DNA from: the human T2T-CHM13v2.0 reference genome, Homo sapiens
Assembly (NCBI RefSeq): GCF_009914755.1
Contig: NC_060935.1
DNA: 64,000 bases
Reading direction: 5' to 3' (one strand)
The notes beneath the pieces were generated by a model that saw only the letters and a list, made by a program, of their open reading frames with translations, made no database searches and was not told where the DNA came from. The translations under genes were made by a program, and so were the position numbers. Below, in pieces: positions 1-22,259 of this stretch (the stretch's first letter is position 1; every line of letters starts with the position of its first letter).

Positions 1-5355
<5,355 letters not shown>

Positions 5356-5449
5356 AACAATGTCCCCTTTTAATAAATATATTATTCCTAATGGAGAATA
5401 CAGGAGAGAAAAAACTTATGTGAATGAATTGCTTGTGCTGCTATTATTA

Positions 5450-5605
5450 TCAGTGGAATGGTTAAGATCAGAGGTTCTACAGACAAAATTTGTCTGTGTT
5501 CCAATCTTGGCTCTCTTTTCCTTGTTGTATAACTTTAGGCAACTTACTTAATAACTTCATTTTGCTTTAAGTTCCTCATCTATAAAATGGAGATAATAAA
5601 TAAAA
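5450..5605 (+). mobile_element. MIR fragment
   Basis: Core-like text ttaggcaacttacttaa...ttcctcatctataaaatggagataataa. Confidence 0.65.
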
Positions 5606-6859
5606 AGTCCCTGGCATGTAATAATCCATGCAACCAGTATTTGAGCATCTACCACGTGCAAGGCACTGTTACCTATTACTTCTACTAAGCCGAATTCAAG
5701 GGATTCTGTAATTGCTACAGCTGCACTGTGATGTAGAATTATTTTCCCTACTGGTAAAATAAAGTACTCTCAAGTACTAATAAATGGCATGAATATTTAA
5801 GTATTCCTTTATGTATTTAAATAATTAAGATTAATTATCTCATAGCCGGTAACAATAAAGGCTTTCCTATAGACCATAAGCTCCTCAAGAAAATGCACCA
5901 TGTTTCATACTTAAATATCCTGTAGTACCTTAATAGATTCAAAGATCTAAGAGAAACTACAAATTATAATAAATGTAAGTAGAAAAGAGTAATGAACATG
6001 ATATAAAGAAAAATGCGATTTACCTTTGTCTAATATAAAAGTTGATAAAATCAAAGATTGGATTTACTCAGGATAAAAGTAAATGGCAAAAAAAAATACT
6101 TGATGAGAGCAGTCATATCACTCAAGCATACTATTGTTAATGACACAAAGGTTCATGGTCAATTAGCAAGGTTGCTTAGAAAGTGGTATGTGTAAGTATA
6201 GTGACAGTTCAATCACTGATTGAACTAGCTACTTTACTCCATTCAAGGTAACAACCACAGCCCTTTACATCACCATGTTACACATAGATGTTTCTGATTT
6301 AAGTGTGAACAGACAAGTGCAGTTTTATTACCAATACTGCCAAAATAAAGGTTAGTAGACGGTGAGTGGTAAACATTATGTTAAATATGTTAACAGCATA
6401 TTTTATGGCTAGAGAAAAACCTTCAGTGTTGTAACCAGCAGCCCTAAACTGTGAGTTTAAAATAAGTAAATTTTGAATAAGTTCAGATGCAAGTACACAG
6501 TAGAAAACAAGTATAATAAATAATTATTCAAGTCCATAGGCCAGATGGTCTTTGACTTAACTTATTGAACAAAATAACTTATTGAATTCATAATTTCCAC
6601 TGTGGAAAAATATTCAAAAACATGAGATAATAATTAAAACAACTATGGATACTGAAGGATATAAAAATAAATCTAGTTGTTTCAGTAATTAACGTCTTAA
6701 AAAATTATGAAATTAATTCAAAGGTAAAATATCTGCTACAGAACCCTAAAGATTTCATCCAAATTCATATTTATAGGATGTTTGACTGATATTTATATTG
6801 TTTTCTAGTACAGAGTTTAACATGAGAATAACAAAAGGAAATCTTTTATGCTCAACTGA

Positions 6860-7535
6860 TTTTTTTAATTTTTAATTTTTATGGGTACATAGGTGTATAT
6901 ATTTATGGGGTATATTAAATGTTCTGATATACGTATGCAGTGTGTAATAGTCACATCATAGAAAATGGGGTACCCATCCCCTGAAGGATTTATCGTTTGT
7001 GTTATAAAAAATCCAATTACTATTTAGTTATTTTTAAATATACAATTATCACTGACAATAATCACCCTGTTGTGCTATCAAATACTATGTCTTATTCATT
7101 CTTTCTAATTTCTTTGTACCCATTAACCACACCCATCTTCCCCCCACCCCGCCCCTCACTACATTTCCCAGGCTCTGGTAACCATCATTCTACTCTCTAT
7201 CTCCATGAGTTCAATTATTTTGATTTTTAGATCCCACAAATAAATGAGAACTGTAATGTTTATCTTTCTGTGCCTGGCTTATTTCACTTAACATAATGAC
7301 CTCTAGTTCTATCCATGTTTTTGCAAATGACAGTATCTTATTCTTCTTCGTGGCTGAATAGTACTCCACTGTGTATGGGTACCACATTTTCTTTATCCAT
7401 TCATCTGTTGATGGACACTTGGGTTGCTTTCGAATCTTGGCTATTGTGAACAGTGCTGCAACAAACATGGGAGTGCAGATATCTCTTCAATATACTGATT
7501 TCTTTTTCTTTGGGTGTATACCCAGCAGTGGGGTT
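6860..7535 (-). mobile_element. Old LINE-1 3' end (L1MA-like)
   Basis: ORF2 C-terminus ([11 protein letters not shown]...[13 protein letters not shown]) plus 3'UTR and poly-T on the plus strand. Confidence 0.85.
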
Positions 7536-7784
7536 GTCAATTGAGTCTACTTTTTAAAAAAGATACTAATCATATTGGCTTTAAAATAATGTACACCTTT
7601 CTTTACACAATAGGGTTTCTAACAGCTTGCTTTAAAGGTGCTTTCTTATGCACTAAGATAAGTTTCAAAGGAAAACCAGCAATAATTCCTTGCAATTTTG
7701 ATTTTCCTATATTTTTTCCTAAAGCAATATACCCCTGGATGAAATAGATATCCACATGACTTAGAAAGTAAATTATTGGATAGC

Positions 7785-8080
7785 GGCCAGGCACAGTGGC
7801 TCACACCTGTAATCCCAGCACTTTGGGAGGCAGAGGCAGGCGGATTACAAGGTCAGGAGATCGAGACCATCCTGGTTAACACGGTGAAACCCCGTCTCTA
7901 CTAAAAATACAAAAAATTAGCCCGGCGTGGTGGCCGGTGCCTGTAGTCCCAGCTACTCAGGAGGCTGAGGCAGGAGAATGGCGTGAACCTGGGGGGCGGA
8001 GCTTGCAGTGAGCCAAGATTGCACCACTGCACTCCAGCCTGGGCAACAGAGCAAGGCTCTGTCTCAAAAAAAAAAAAAAA
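7785..8080 (+). mobile_element. AluY
   Basis: gagatcgagaccatcc and ggcgtgaacc diagnostics; A tail; TSD aaattattg(g)atagc. Confidence 0.92.
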
Positions 8081-9611
8081 ATTATTGATAGCTTGTTTTA
8101 CACTAGTGATCTGTTCTAGGTTCACTCCTAAAACGCAATGTCCTATTGATAACAGGTATATGGGTAAAACTTATATTTGGATAAAATGGCTTTTAATTCT
8201 CTACATAAAGATTGGTTTTCTAAAAGTTTTTTCCTCTTCAAGATTACAAAATGCGACAAATGTCTATGTTTTTCTACATTTTTCAACAATTGAAAACATG
8301 GAGCTGTTATAATCAGCTAAGTCTTGTAGGAGATACTCTAAAATGCATCAATTCCTATTACAATTATTGCTATAAGACAATAGGGAGGCGGGGAGGAGAA
8401 GGGTATAGAAAATCAGTATATGACTGACAAAAGTAAAAACTAGTAATTTCTTACATCTTTCTTTTTCTTTTATATATTAATTACTTAATCTCAAGAGCAT
8501 AATAAATTAAAATCAGAGACCTCAGGAAAAGATCTTCCACTGAAAAACATGCTTTTGATTTTATAGACTTTATAAGCCTTTAAATATCCTGAACTTTTAG
8601 TACACTGTCTGTTTTCTAACCATTTTATTCAAAGCTATTAGTGCAGCAAATAAACAGCAATGCTTTGATCTCATTAAATTACAACTTATAGTTCCTGCAG
8701 TCATAAATATTGAGCTCTTTTCTCCTTCACCCCTCCCTTTCTGGTATGGGGTAGTCTGTTTAATATCACTATCTCCTTGAGTGCTCTGACATTTACTCAG
8801 ACAAACAGCAGAGGTTATGAATGCTGCTCATAGATAGTATCAGGAATTCTTCATGATTGCCATAATGGTGAACTCAGCATTCAGAATGGTAATACCTAGT
8901 TTTTATCTAACCACTAAGTTTGGTCTGTTTAACTTTGCTCCAAAAAAAAAAAAAAAAAAAGAAATTCCATCTTATCACAAACCAATAACAACTGTTCTGG
9001 ACAAAATCATAGAACAGTATAATAAAAATGGAAATTGTCTTTGGGAGAATTAGTGATTAGAAGTTTTAAATAAGTGATATAACCAATGTTATAAAATTTG
9101 ATTCTCTTCTGAAAGTTAACAAAAAAACAAGCTTTTCCCAAAGTTAAAAATCAAAGCTACATAAGACACATAAAATTTAAAATTAGTGTACTTAGAATGT
9201 CTACAATATTAAAAACTGGCTCTGAATATGTATTTTAAAATTCTCACCCTTTCAGTTACTTGAACTTTGAAGTCGCAAAGGTAATTAAATTTTCTCACTT
9301 TACCCTTCTATAACAGTCTGTCTTCCAAGAACAACTTTGCAGCATGAACACTGACACTAATAGTTTCTAGAGTGACAGAGGCCACTACTGCATGACATGT
9401 TAGTACATTTAGGTAGCCCTAGCCTAGGCCCCAAGACCTGAGAGAAAGAGGCTAGTGTTCTCATGAGCAACACCATTCTTCTCACGCATAGAAAGACATT
9501 CTGCGCCTTCTTACATAAATCCACTAAGGGTATCTCTCCATGAATCTACATGAGCCTCATCTACATCCATAGGTCAGAGTCTTAAATTGTGCATTAGAAA
9601 TATAATAGGCA

Positions 9612-9934
<323 letters not shown>

Positions 9935-10574
9935 TCATTTAATGCAAAAAATTAGTACAGAATTTATGAGGCATATTTTCATAAGAATGCATAAACTAAT
10001 TGTATAAAGGCTTATTAATATTTTAATCACCAAATTAATATGAATGTTATTTAATTACTAAAGTCATTGTTAAAAATATTAACACATAAATGAACCAAAG
10101 AGACATCAATGAAAATGTGTTTATTCACACCTACTGATTTAATAGTTATTTATATTTGTATTTGAAGTTTATACTGATAGAAATGAGTGGTCCTTTTAAT
10201 AATTCTTACTTGGGATTCCAAACAGATTTTTTAAATTATAGCTTTTTCTCTTTATATTAAAAAGAGCCACCTCTAATTTTCGAGGATGTATCTAAAAAGA
10301 AATGTTTTCTACATATATATTAATTGTACTCTTAAGTAGTTTGCTAAATAGACAGACTTTTAAGGGCCAGAAACATGATTATCACCACCCATCCTAATGT
10401 TCTGTACTGAAATACACCTATGCTTTTACTTTCTGATCCCTCAGGTATAAGAATGAAGTCCAAGGAATATATAACCAATTTATTGGCAGTTGTAACAGTG
10501 AAGATATACATATCACAGTCAATAGTATTATAATATTAATGGTCTTCAAACTCTGGCTTAGCATTTAGAAGGTA

Positions 10575-10940
10575 CTGCTATCCAAAATATATAAAGAACT
10601 CTTAAAACTCAACAATAAGAAAACAAACAACCCAATTAAAAAATGGGCCCAAGGCCTGAACAGACACTTTAACAAAAAATACACACAGATGACAAGTAGG
10701 TATATGAAAATATGTTCAACATCATATGTCATTAGGGAATTGCAAATCAAAACAAGATACCACTACACACCAATCAAAATGACCAACATCCAAAACACTG
10801 ACAACACCAAATGCTAGTGAGGATGTGATAGTGGGAGAGGTTGTGCATGTGTGAGGACAGGAAGTATACAGGAACTCTGTACTTTCTATTCAGTTTTGCT
10901 GTGAACCTAAAACTGCTCTAAAAATAGTTTATTAATTAAA
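10575..10940 (+). mobile_element. Old LINE-1 fragment (L1M, ORF2 end plus 3'UTR with internal deletion)
   Basis: tatataaagaactcttaaaactcaacaataagaaaacaaacaacccaatt... and gctgtgaacctaaaactgctctaaaaa. Confidence 0.8.
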
Positions 10941-11249
10941 ATATATTAAATTATATTAAAATAGTGAAAGTCTATGTATATATAAAGGTATAAATGCTTC
11001 AATTTTTGGTATTTTTTTCCCTTTAAAAATAGGATCCTTTAGCGTCAAGATGACAACATTGACCCAAATTAGTATTCATTTCATTCATATTCATTTATCC
11101 CTTGAGTCCAAAATATACAACTAAAAAATATAGGTGAGGTTTAGAGTGCAATCTTTGACTGTGAAACAACTTTCTCTGTACTGAATCAACTAGCCTATAC
11201 AAAATTGAATTCCTAACTTTGGCCTCACTAATGTTTTACCCTAAACAAG

Positions 11250-11715
11250 TGTATGTCAGAATCCCAACGGAAACAGATGGCAAACATCAACTAGGATAAC
11301 CTGAAGATGGGTTTATTTGCAAAGGTGCACGAAGGATATAAAAGAACCACAAGGGATGGCTCAAGTTCCACTGACTAGCAGCACTGTAGCTGTCACCACC
11401 TCTAGACCCAGAAGGTCAAGAAGAGAGGTTACTGGAACCCCAAAAGGGAGAGTATCATGTAGATTACGCCAATTTGAGAGAAGTAGTGATCTGTTGAGGC
11501 ACATGGCCAGCCTGAAGTTATCTCAGAGGGAAGGAACAGGGGGAATAAATACCCTGATTCACTCTCTTCTTCCTCCCATCTCCTGCCTAGGCTCTCCACT
11601 GGCCCAGCTCAACAGGAAGTCAGAAGACGTGGAAGCCCATTGATGCAACCCATATACATAAGCCTTCAAAAGGTAAGTATAGATCTGGAGGGGCAAACAG
11701 AAGATTTTTTTGCAT
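11250..11715. mobile_element. Ancient ERVL-type LTR remnant (family uncertain)
   Basis: GC-richer block starting tgtatgtcagaatccc...ggaaacagatggca, resembling LTR33/LTR41-like termini from recall. Confidence 0.45.
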
Positions 11716-11966
11716 GCCAATATAATAAATAACTACAAATTAAGTGCATTTTAAATGGTACTCAGTAAATATTGTTTCAAAATATTTATGGAGTGCCAGT
11801 AAGCATAGGTACTTAATTCTCTCAGAGGTAGGGAGGTGGTCCTAAAATGATTCAAAGCAGTATCGAGAGAGGGATTGGAAGGGAGTGGGAAAAGGAAAAC
11901 AGATATCATTCTCTACAGAAAGAACAAAGCCTTACCTACTTCTTCCTCTTGTACCAACTCTCCCTT

Positions 11967-12440
11967 TGTGTCAGTTGGAATATTTTTAGTTGCAAATCAT
12001 GGAAAACTGAATTGGCCCTAACCAACCTGGCTTAAATAATGGGAACTTATTGGTTCACATAATTTAAATGTCTAGAGGTAGGACAAGAAGCAGGGTTGGT
12101 TGATCCAGTTACTCAATAATGTCATCAAAGAACAGGTTTCTTTATGTCATACCAATCTGGCATCCACATTGTCAGGTTCCTATTTTTTGGCTTTTCTCAG
12201 CCTATTGTAGGCTGACTGCCAGCCACAATAGAGGTTATGTTCTTCCTGGTTTATAATCAGAAGCTAGCTAAAGTCATTTATCTATACCTGAACCAATGCC
12301 TATGGTCAGAAGAAAGAAATATGTTTGTGTTCTCCTGCCAATTTGGGGCTCAGCTCTAAAGCTGGAGACATCAAAACAAAAATCTAGATAAGGTTAGGAA
12401 GAAGGCAAGCGGATACTGAATCTCAGTAAGCAACAAATAA
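11967..12440 (-). mobile_element. MLT1-type MaLR LTR remnant
   Basis: tgtgtcagtt...ttagttgcaa...tggcttaaa...ttattggttcacataa, typical of old MLT1 ends. Confidence 0.6.
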
Positions 12441-12464
12441 ATGTTCGATTCACAGCTTCATTCA

Positions 12465-12828
12465 TGATGCTCCAGCCATATCAGACTTTTTTTAGTTCCT
12501 CAAATATACTAAACTCTTTCCTGTCTCAAAGCTTTTGCACATGCTATTCCCCTTGCCTGAAACATTACTCCCTTCCCTCCTTCACCCTCTTACCCCCAAT
12601 CTAATAAAGTCACCTGTGATGTCATCACATCTTTCACTTTTTCTTCTGCTCATTTATAATAGTTTTACATTATTTAGTCTGTGTAATTATTTGTTTTACA
12701 TCTAACTCCACCACCAGACTCTAACTTTCGTAAAAGTAGAAACATGTTTTATTTTCTTCATAGCTGTATCCTTAGTGCCACATAGCACCCAGTATATAAA
12801 AGTCACTCAATAAATATTGAATGAATGG
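12465..12828 (+). mobile_element. L2 3' end
   Basis: ctttgcacatgctattccc-like core; ends ctcaataaatattgaatgaatg. Confidence 0.8.
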
Positions 12829-13104
12829 TGCTAATAAGGATGACATACAATGAATCCTTATAAGGTATTCATGTGATCATAAAAATGCATGCTACTGGTC
12901 ACAAGTCAAAGAAATAATATTTTGAATGGATTGCAACAAATGCACTAATTACCTTTACTGGAATCATAACTCAAAATTTATGCATCTGTATTGAAAACAA
13001 TTTATCCTCTACCAAAAAATTCTACCCAACTGTCCTCTAGTAATAGCGCATAAGACTATTTTATATTATAATTTTTACTTAGTAGTGTGAAACTGTATCA
13101 ATCA

Positions 13105-13290
<186 letters not shown>

Positions 13291-13411
13291 TTATTTAATT
13301 TAGGTAACAGTTATTAACTGCCATTTACTATTATCAGTATTATCATAGATATTCAATGTATTCATAGTAAATAAGTCCATTCAAACATTCTCTACTGAAT
13401 ATGTATATTTA

Positions 13412-13564
<153 letters not shown>

Positions 13565-14092
13565 CTATTTTGAAGAGTAATTTTAAATGTTATATATATA
13601 ACACACACACATCGCCACACACAACAAATATGTAAAATATATTGTGGTAAACCACTGTTGTTAGTAATATAACATAAATAAATGTCATTTAAAAGTACTC
13701 TCTGAGTAAACTGTAAGGAGGAAATATTTGTTAGGAGATATTTCTAAATCTATGTAAAACTAAAGCAAACATATTTTTCCTGTAGCAAAATAGTCACTTC
13801 AGGTTATGTTTCCCTTGTTTGCAATTTCTTTTTCAAAATCTTTTTATAAAAAATGTTAATCAGCCTAACACTAAGAAAAGTGAGGAGAAAAAGCAATACT
13901 TTTGGTACTTTACGAGGTATTTTTTCTCTAAATCATTTGAATAATCAGGACCTATCTAGATCACTGTTTTGATTCTTTGCCCTTTCAATTTGCTAGAATA
14001 ATTTCAATGTACACTACCAAAATTCAAGTAATTTTTCTGAGACTGATTTTAATTAATATAGTACCTTCTCACTGCATTAAGAAATGAAATGA

Positions 14093-14337
14093 TGAGGCAG
14101 GAAGAATGCTTGAGGCCAGGAGTTTGAGACCAGCCTAGGCAATATAGCAAGACCCCATCTCTACAAAAATAAAACAAGTTATCTGGGCATGGTGGCACAT
14201 GCCTGTAGTCCTAGCTACTTGGGAAGTTGAGGTGGGAGGATTGCTTGAGGCTAGGAGTTTAAGGCTGCAGTGAGCTATGCTCAGCCGCTGAACTCCAGCC
14301 CAGGTGACAAAGCAAGACCCCATCGCTAAAAGAGAAA
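14093..14337 (+). mobile_element. 5'-truncated AluJ
   Basis: aggctgcagtgagctatg diagnostic; TSD aagaaatgaaatga on both sides. Confidence 0.88.
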
Positions 14338-14829
14338 AAGAAATGAAATGACAAGGATATCTCTCAGTGACAGGGAGGCAACATATGATAGTAGATAGTC
14401 TACTTAAACTGGAGACATAATTGGTAAAAATTAGACCTTACTTATATAATATTATATGGGCCTCTACTGCTTTCAGCTAAAGGAACTACTCTTACCATAC
14501 CTGCGATATGACTTTTAACTCTTAAAAAATATTATGTTAATAAAATCAATAACACTTGTTAGAAGTTTTTTATCTTCACTTGACATTAGCAGAATCATTA
14601 ATTGGTTTCACAACTTTCATTCATTTTTTTTCCCAACTGCTTCACTTTCTATGATGAGCAGTTCTAAACAAAGAACAGTATAGGCCCATGAACTGGCACT
14701 CAATAATTGTTTTCTGAATGAACTGTTGTTGTCTTATAGAGTTTTAATAGTAAAAATTTGATTTTGCCTAGCCAGCATCCATTTCCCTTACCTAACAGCA
14801 CCACTATTTACTTTATTGAAATACTTTTT

Positions 14830-14891
14830 CTTCATTACAACATGGACTAAACTTCATTACAACATGGACTAAACATTACAACAGGACTAAA
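14830..14891. repeat. 22-bp tandem repeat, two exact copies plus one shortened copy
   Basis: cttcattacaacatggactaaa x2, then cattacaacaggactaaa. Confidence 0.9.
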
Positions 14892-15214
14892 ATTCAGGGG
14901 TCCTATTCTTCCCTAATTAACAGAAGGGCATATTACTCAAAATAAACCAATTGATAGCTACTTTCTTGGAATTTGAATCTTGAGCAAAAAGACTATCTAA
15001 AACTAGAGAAGTTCAGTAGTGATCCTATCTGAACTGATATGAGACCTCTGTTGTGGGTCCCTACATCCTGCCTCACAAACTCTGGAATTACTCTGGGTCC
15101 CCTGTTCATTCTCAAGCAATTCTTTATTCTCTGGTTGATTGTGAATGCCTCCCCTAAATTTCCTTTTACATAAGTTAACCAGAGCCATTTCTTATTGCTT
15201 AAAACCAAAGTACA

Positions 15215-16075
<861 letters not shown>

Positions 16076-16146
16076 ATTCCTTAACTGGTAGTTTTAATTA
16101 ACTTTTATTTAGAATAAGCATGGCCTTTTAAAAAATATTCACGAAG

Positions 16147-16444
<298 letters not shown>

Positions 16445-16842
16445 TATATATATACACACACACACAGACACACACACGAAGAACACACATTACAATTTAA
16501 GTTGTACCTAACTATATTATCTTGGCAAGTCTGATGACAGTCTTAACTTTTTCAAAGCTATTTTTTAATGATTTTAAACATGATATATTATTGGTAATAA
16601 TTATGATATATCAGTTGAAAATTTCTCATGTATGTCATCAGGCTTTTAACTACTTATTTAATTGTGCAGCAGTTATCAATGCAAACAAGTTGATAAATGT
16701 ACTTAGTCCTGGAGAGCTTATGCCTACCTGGGTAGTTACTATTATTAGTAATGGTGAGCAATAATGAACCATATTGCTTTCTTCTAAAATACCCCTTAAT
16801 TTCTGATTGAGAGAATTATATTAGCTCTCAGCAGATGTCTAG

Positions 16843-17229
<387 letters not shown>

Positions 17230-20200
17230 TGATTCTAATCAATATTTACGTAGCCTTCATTAGAATACTCTCTACTGCATAATACATGATCCCACAAAAG
17301 CTTTCTTAACCTTTCAGCTAAAAAGTGATGAATAAAATAGGTAGTCAATGCCTACAAAGGTTAACAATTCTGTTAACTAAAAATGTAGCAAAGATCAAAG
17401 GAGATTTCATGCATAGAGCTTTATATACGTTAGAGTAATTTCTGATACACTCTTCCAACATTCTTTGGGGCAAAAATTGAATTTAATGAAAATGCAGTTT
17501 CATTGCATTTGTTTGCATGACATAATTCTGATTTTCAAACACATTAGCCTATTCAATGGCCATGATATATAACATTAAGACTTCTAAATCACATAGGCAC
17601 CTACAGCATATTAGCCCATATATGCCTATATGAACGTAGTTTACTACCCTGATTTAGTTTTGAAAATGAGATGAAGAGGTCCATTGTCCAGTTTGCCACT
17701 AATTTCATGACTATCAACAAATGGTTTAAATTCTCTGAAAAGCAACAACAAAAAGTAAGTGGTAATAACACTTTAGAGATGTAAGAATATTTTAAAGAAT
17801 ACAAATAAATTGATTTTTACTATTAAAACTTTAATGTATTATAAGGCTATTTTATTGAGATGATTAAGAAATAGTTAAGTACATATTGTTTGGTTTTTCT
17901 ATCTGCATGAATCGACTCAAATTATTTTTTCTTTTACGTAGTTTTACTATCAAATGCAAACACAGTCTACAAAAAATGTCAGCATTCATTGCTTCCTAAA
18001 CACATGTACACCTCATTTTAAACAAATCTAATCTATGAAAGTCAAGATTAGCGGAAAAATAGCATATCCATAATTATATGTATGTGTGTAGTCTAAAAGC
18101 TTACTTTAAAGCCTTGAAGCATTTAAAATGGGAATAATGTAAAAATATTTACACACAACTTTTTAGAAATATATTTACTGATAAAATGCACAGCTTCACA
18201 TTTCTCCCTTTTCCTATTTACTTAAGGAGACTGATTTGAAAACTTCTGGAGATAAAATTAGTTTCCCTTAAAACAATCAGTTTGTTAAGAGTAAACTTTA
18301 GAGGAAAAGATAACAATCAAAATATAAATTTAACACACTCATTTACAATTTTGTAACTAATCTTCTAATTTCTTCAATATGAACCCAAACTAAATCAATG
18401 GAGTTATAAAACTCAATTTTCAAAAATCTATGGCATCTTTCTTAAGATATCCTTACCTTTTCAGTTGCAAATATGAGGCATAGATTACTTTAAAAACCTA
18501 AAGTCATGCTGCTAATATATGTGTGTACATATATACATAATATTTATGATTATGAAGTTACTTCCAGATAAGTCTTCAGTTTAAAAATATTCTACTGGGA
18601 AAGAAAGTATGTGGTTATTCTTAATCTATCAAAACTTTCAATATTGAAATTGCTTTAACTTCATAAAGAAAAAGGCTTTCTTGTAAATCTTTTATTTAGA
18701 GGAAAATGATATACAGAAGAGAAAAACAATATGACAATGGTTTGATAAGTTTACTTCCTTCATTAAGCTATATTAGCTATTCAGTTTTACAACACAGACA
18801 CCGATAAATTCAATTATTACCCAACATGGTCATCTATGTAGTAATCACTAAACACAGCAGGAAAAATTTGTATCAATGACCAGATCACAATGATGGTGAA
18901 TGTAATGTCCTAAGATTTCTCTCTCACATGTTTTTATTGCATCCTTTTAATTGGTAATGATCGTGATTTTTTCAAAGGGGAGGTACTTTTAGGGATGGAA
19001 AAATCGTTTGATTTGTGATTATGTTAATTTATCTCAGAACCTATCACCACCTCTAAAAGAAAATCAGCTTACTGAATCACAGAAGACAGAAACTTACTAG
19101 TAGTTAAGGACTTACCTATAGGAGCTCATAAACTTGAAATTTTCTTAATAGTATTTTTCAAGTTATTTCTTTTAGGACCCTAACTTTATTGCTCCCCAAA
19201 GTCGTGCCTTCACACTAGTGGCTATCTTGTTTCCTGTCTTGCCCATAGAACCAAATAACATAAAAGAATAATGTACTGCTTGGAATAAAATAAGATTAAC
19301 TGAATTACTGAATACTATACCGCACTTTGAATAAAGAACAAGTCATCTGAATTATATAATAATAATGTAACAGGAATAATGTAAAATGAATATAAGTAAG
19401 AATGCTTAGAAAAAGGGGTACTTCTAACTTTTAAATCCAAAATATAAATGTTCTGCCAGAATGAATATAAAATATTAAATATATATACCAACATATAAAA
19501 CTTTTTAAATTAAAAGTGATGCAATGCTTTAAACTGTCAGAAAAAATATTATGACTATAACTGAAATATCATTTTAGTAAGTATAAATGTTGTAATTCAC
19601 AATAACAAAAAGCTTAGAAGTGACCAAAAACTAGAATAAGTATATACATGTTTCCATGTTTTTTTTTAAAGATTGTAAGTATCTGTTTGATGAAATTTGA
19701 AAGTGGAATAAAATAAAACACATTTTATGTTGCCTTTGATCTTTAACTTGTAGCCTTATCTCCCAGGTCAAAGGGCACATTATTCAATTTCACTATATTT
19801 TGTGTAAAACCACTGTAGCGTTGAAGATGACTTTCAGTACAAATGTCATGGTACTTAAAGCTAAACCAGAATCTAGTTTTTCAGCTTCTTAATTAAAATC
19901 ATGGTTTAAAATAGTCTGACAATATTATTTTTATTCTTTCCAGTTGAATAGCAACAGAATTTTCACATCTTTTATTCAATCAAGCTTAGCAGTCTATGAC
20001 TCTTATTTTCTAACACACCAAACAATTTCAAGAAGCAAAATACTTTATGTTTTTCTATGTAATGTCAGAAGGGGTGATAGTTCATTTCTTACTTCTCATG
20101 TATATAATATATAAGCCTTACTCAAAAATTAATTTTACTTGCTTTACAGTCTGCTCCAAAGAATGAAGACTGAATAGCATAGCCCCACCCAAAAAGCCCT

Positions 20201-20629
20201 TTGACAATTTGAGTGGATATAGGAAAATTTTGCTCAACCAAAAACACAGAAAAAAAAATCCTTCTGAATAAAATAGAGCTAGAAGGGAAAAATATCAAAG
20301 TAAATATTCCCTAAAATGTTATGCTGTAAAAAGCAAAAACATTAGTTTTTAACAGACTATAAAAGAGGAATGCACAGTAAATAAATATTTGTTGAACAAT
20401 ATAGGATCAGTACCATATCCCAAGTGTACACTGATAAGGGATAAATATTATATCCTAAATACTACTTCATACATTTCAATTTTTTCACACTATAATTAAT
20501 AATTACATGTTTACATAAATATCTAGAAAAGATACCATTAAAATAAGAGGTTTTAGAGTTTTGTTATTTGTTTTTACTATAAGACCCTAACAATAATTTG
20601 GGAACTGTGTAAAATTTATTTTAAACATA

Positions 20630-20864
20630 TAGGTTGAATATCTCTAATCAGAAATGCTGGGACCAGAAGTGTTTCATATTTGGGATATTTTGGGATTTTG
20701 GAATATTTGCATTATACCTACGGGTTAAGCATCTCAAATGCAAAAATCTAAAGTCCAAAATACTCCAATGAGCATTTTCTTAGAGCATCATGTTGACACT
20801 CAAAAAGTTTCCAATTTTGAAGCATTTCAAATTTTGAGTTTTCAGATTTGGGATGCTCAACCTG
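20630..20864. mobile_element. Tigger4a/MER46A-type MITE (TcMar-Tigger)
   Basis: TIRs (t)aggttgaatatc...gatgctcaacctg, flanking TA dinucleotides, 235 bp. Confidence 0.85.
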
Positions 20865-21079
20865 TATAAGTACTATGTAATCTCGAAATAAATTTGTTAA
20901 ATAATTCATTTATGCAACATGTGAAATTGCAAATATCCCCTTTAATATTACTGGAGACAGTAATATTCAGTTTCAACAATTAATTTTTTCACTATAAATG
21001 TCACATTTTATTCCCAAAAACACCAATCCCCCTAAGTACTAATCCAGATGGGGGAAAATATGTTTTGTAATTTCCTTAC

Positions 21080-21118
21080 CATTTCACTCACTTTCTTCTG
21101 TAAAGAGTATTTAGAAAC
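21080..21118 (-). CDS. CCDC73: CCDC73 coding exon (39 nt, phase 0-0), VSKYSLQKKVSEM
   Basis: ttatttttcaag|GTTTCTAAA...GAAATG|gtaagg. Confidence 0.93.
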
Positions 21119-21231
21119 CTTGAAAAATAAGGGGGAAAAATCTCATTAAAATACTTTAATTATCTACACAAATTCCTCTGATATCAAAAGTGCGTGCTAT
21201 AAAATGTGGCATGTATCTTCTATGTACCATT

Positions 21232-21450
21232 ATTGATTTATTCAACACACATTTATGGCACCTACTATATGCTAGATACTTTCCTAGACTCCTGGAATAT
21301 AGCAGTGAACAAAACAAAGTCCCTGCCCTTAAGAAACTTACTTTCTAGTGGGGGTGGTGATAGACTGACAAATATAAGTAAAAGGTATGCATGTTAGAGA
21401 GTGATAACCACTAAGACAAAAATAAAGCAAGAGAGATAGAGAGAGCAGTC
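21232..21450 (-). mobile_element. L2 3' fragment
   Basis: ttcaacacacatttatggcacctactatatgc...gtgaacaaaacaaagtccctgccc. Confidence 0.75.
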
Positions 21451-21585
21451 TAGGGGAGTTTGTTACTTCATATTAGCCCTTCACTGAGGAAAAGTTTTTA
21501 AAGAACAAGCATAACAACTGTTTTAAACAAACAGATCATCTCACAATCCACAGATAACAGTCATTAACACTTTGGTACTACCAGG

Positions 21586-22017
<432 letters not shown>

Positions 22018-22259
22018 TAATGTACAATATAGCTTTTTAATGGCTACACAGTATTCCATTTTTTAACTTTACCATAACTTACCTAATCACTCATGTTTAT
22101 AGGTTTACTGAATTGAGTCTTTTACTATTATGAAATATTCTGAAATAAACATGCTTGTATCTAGACTTTTAAAGTTATTCTTTTTATTAGGATAAGTTCC
22201 AAGAAGCAGAATTTCTAAGATTTGTTAATTTTTATAGGCTTTTTTAAACTGTTACAAAA

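Noticed and set aside
14830-14891. 22-bp repeats as a CRISPR-like array
   Set aside because: The copies are directly adjacent with no spacers in a primate intron; simple slippage explains them.
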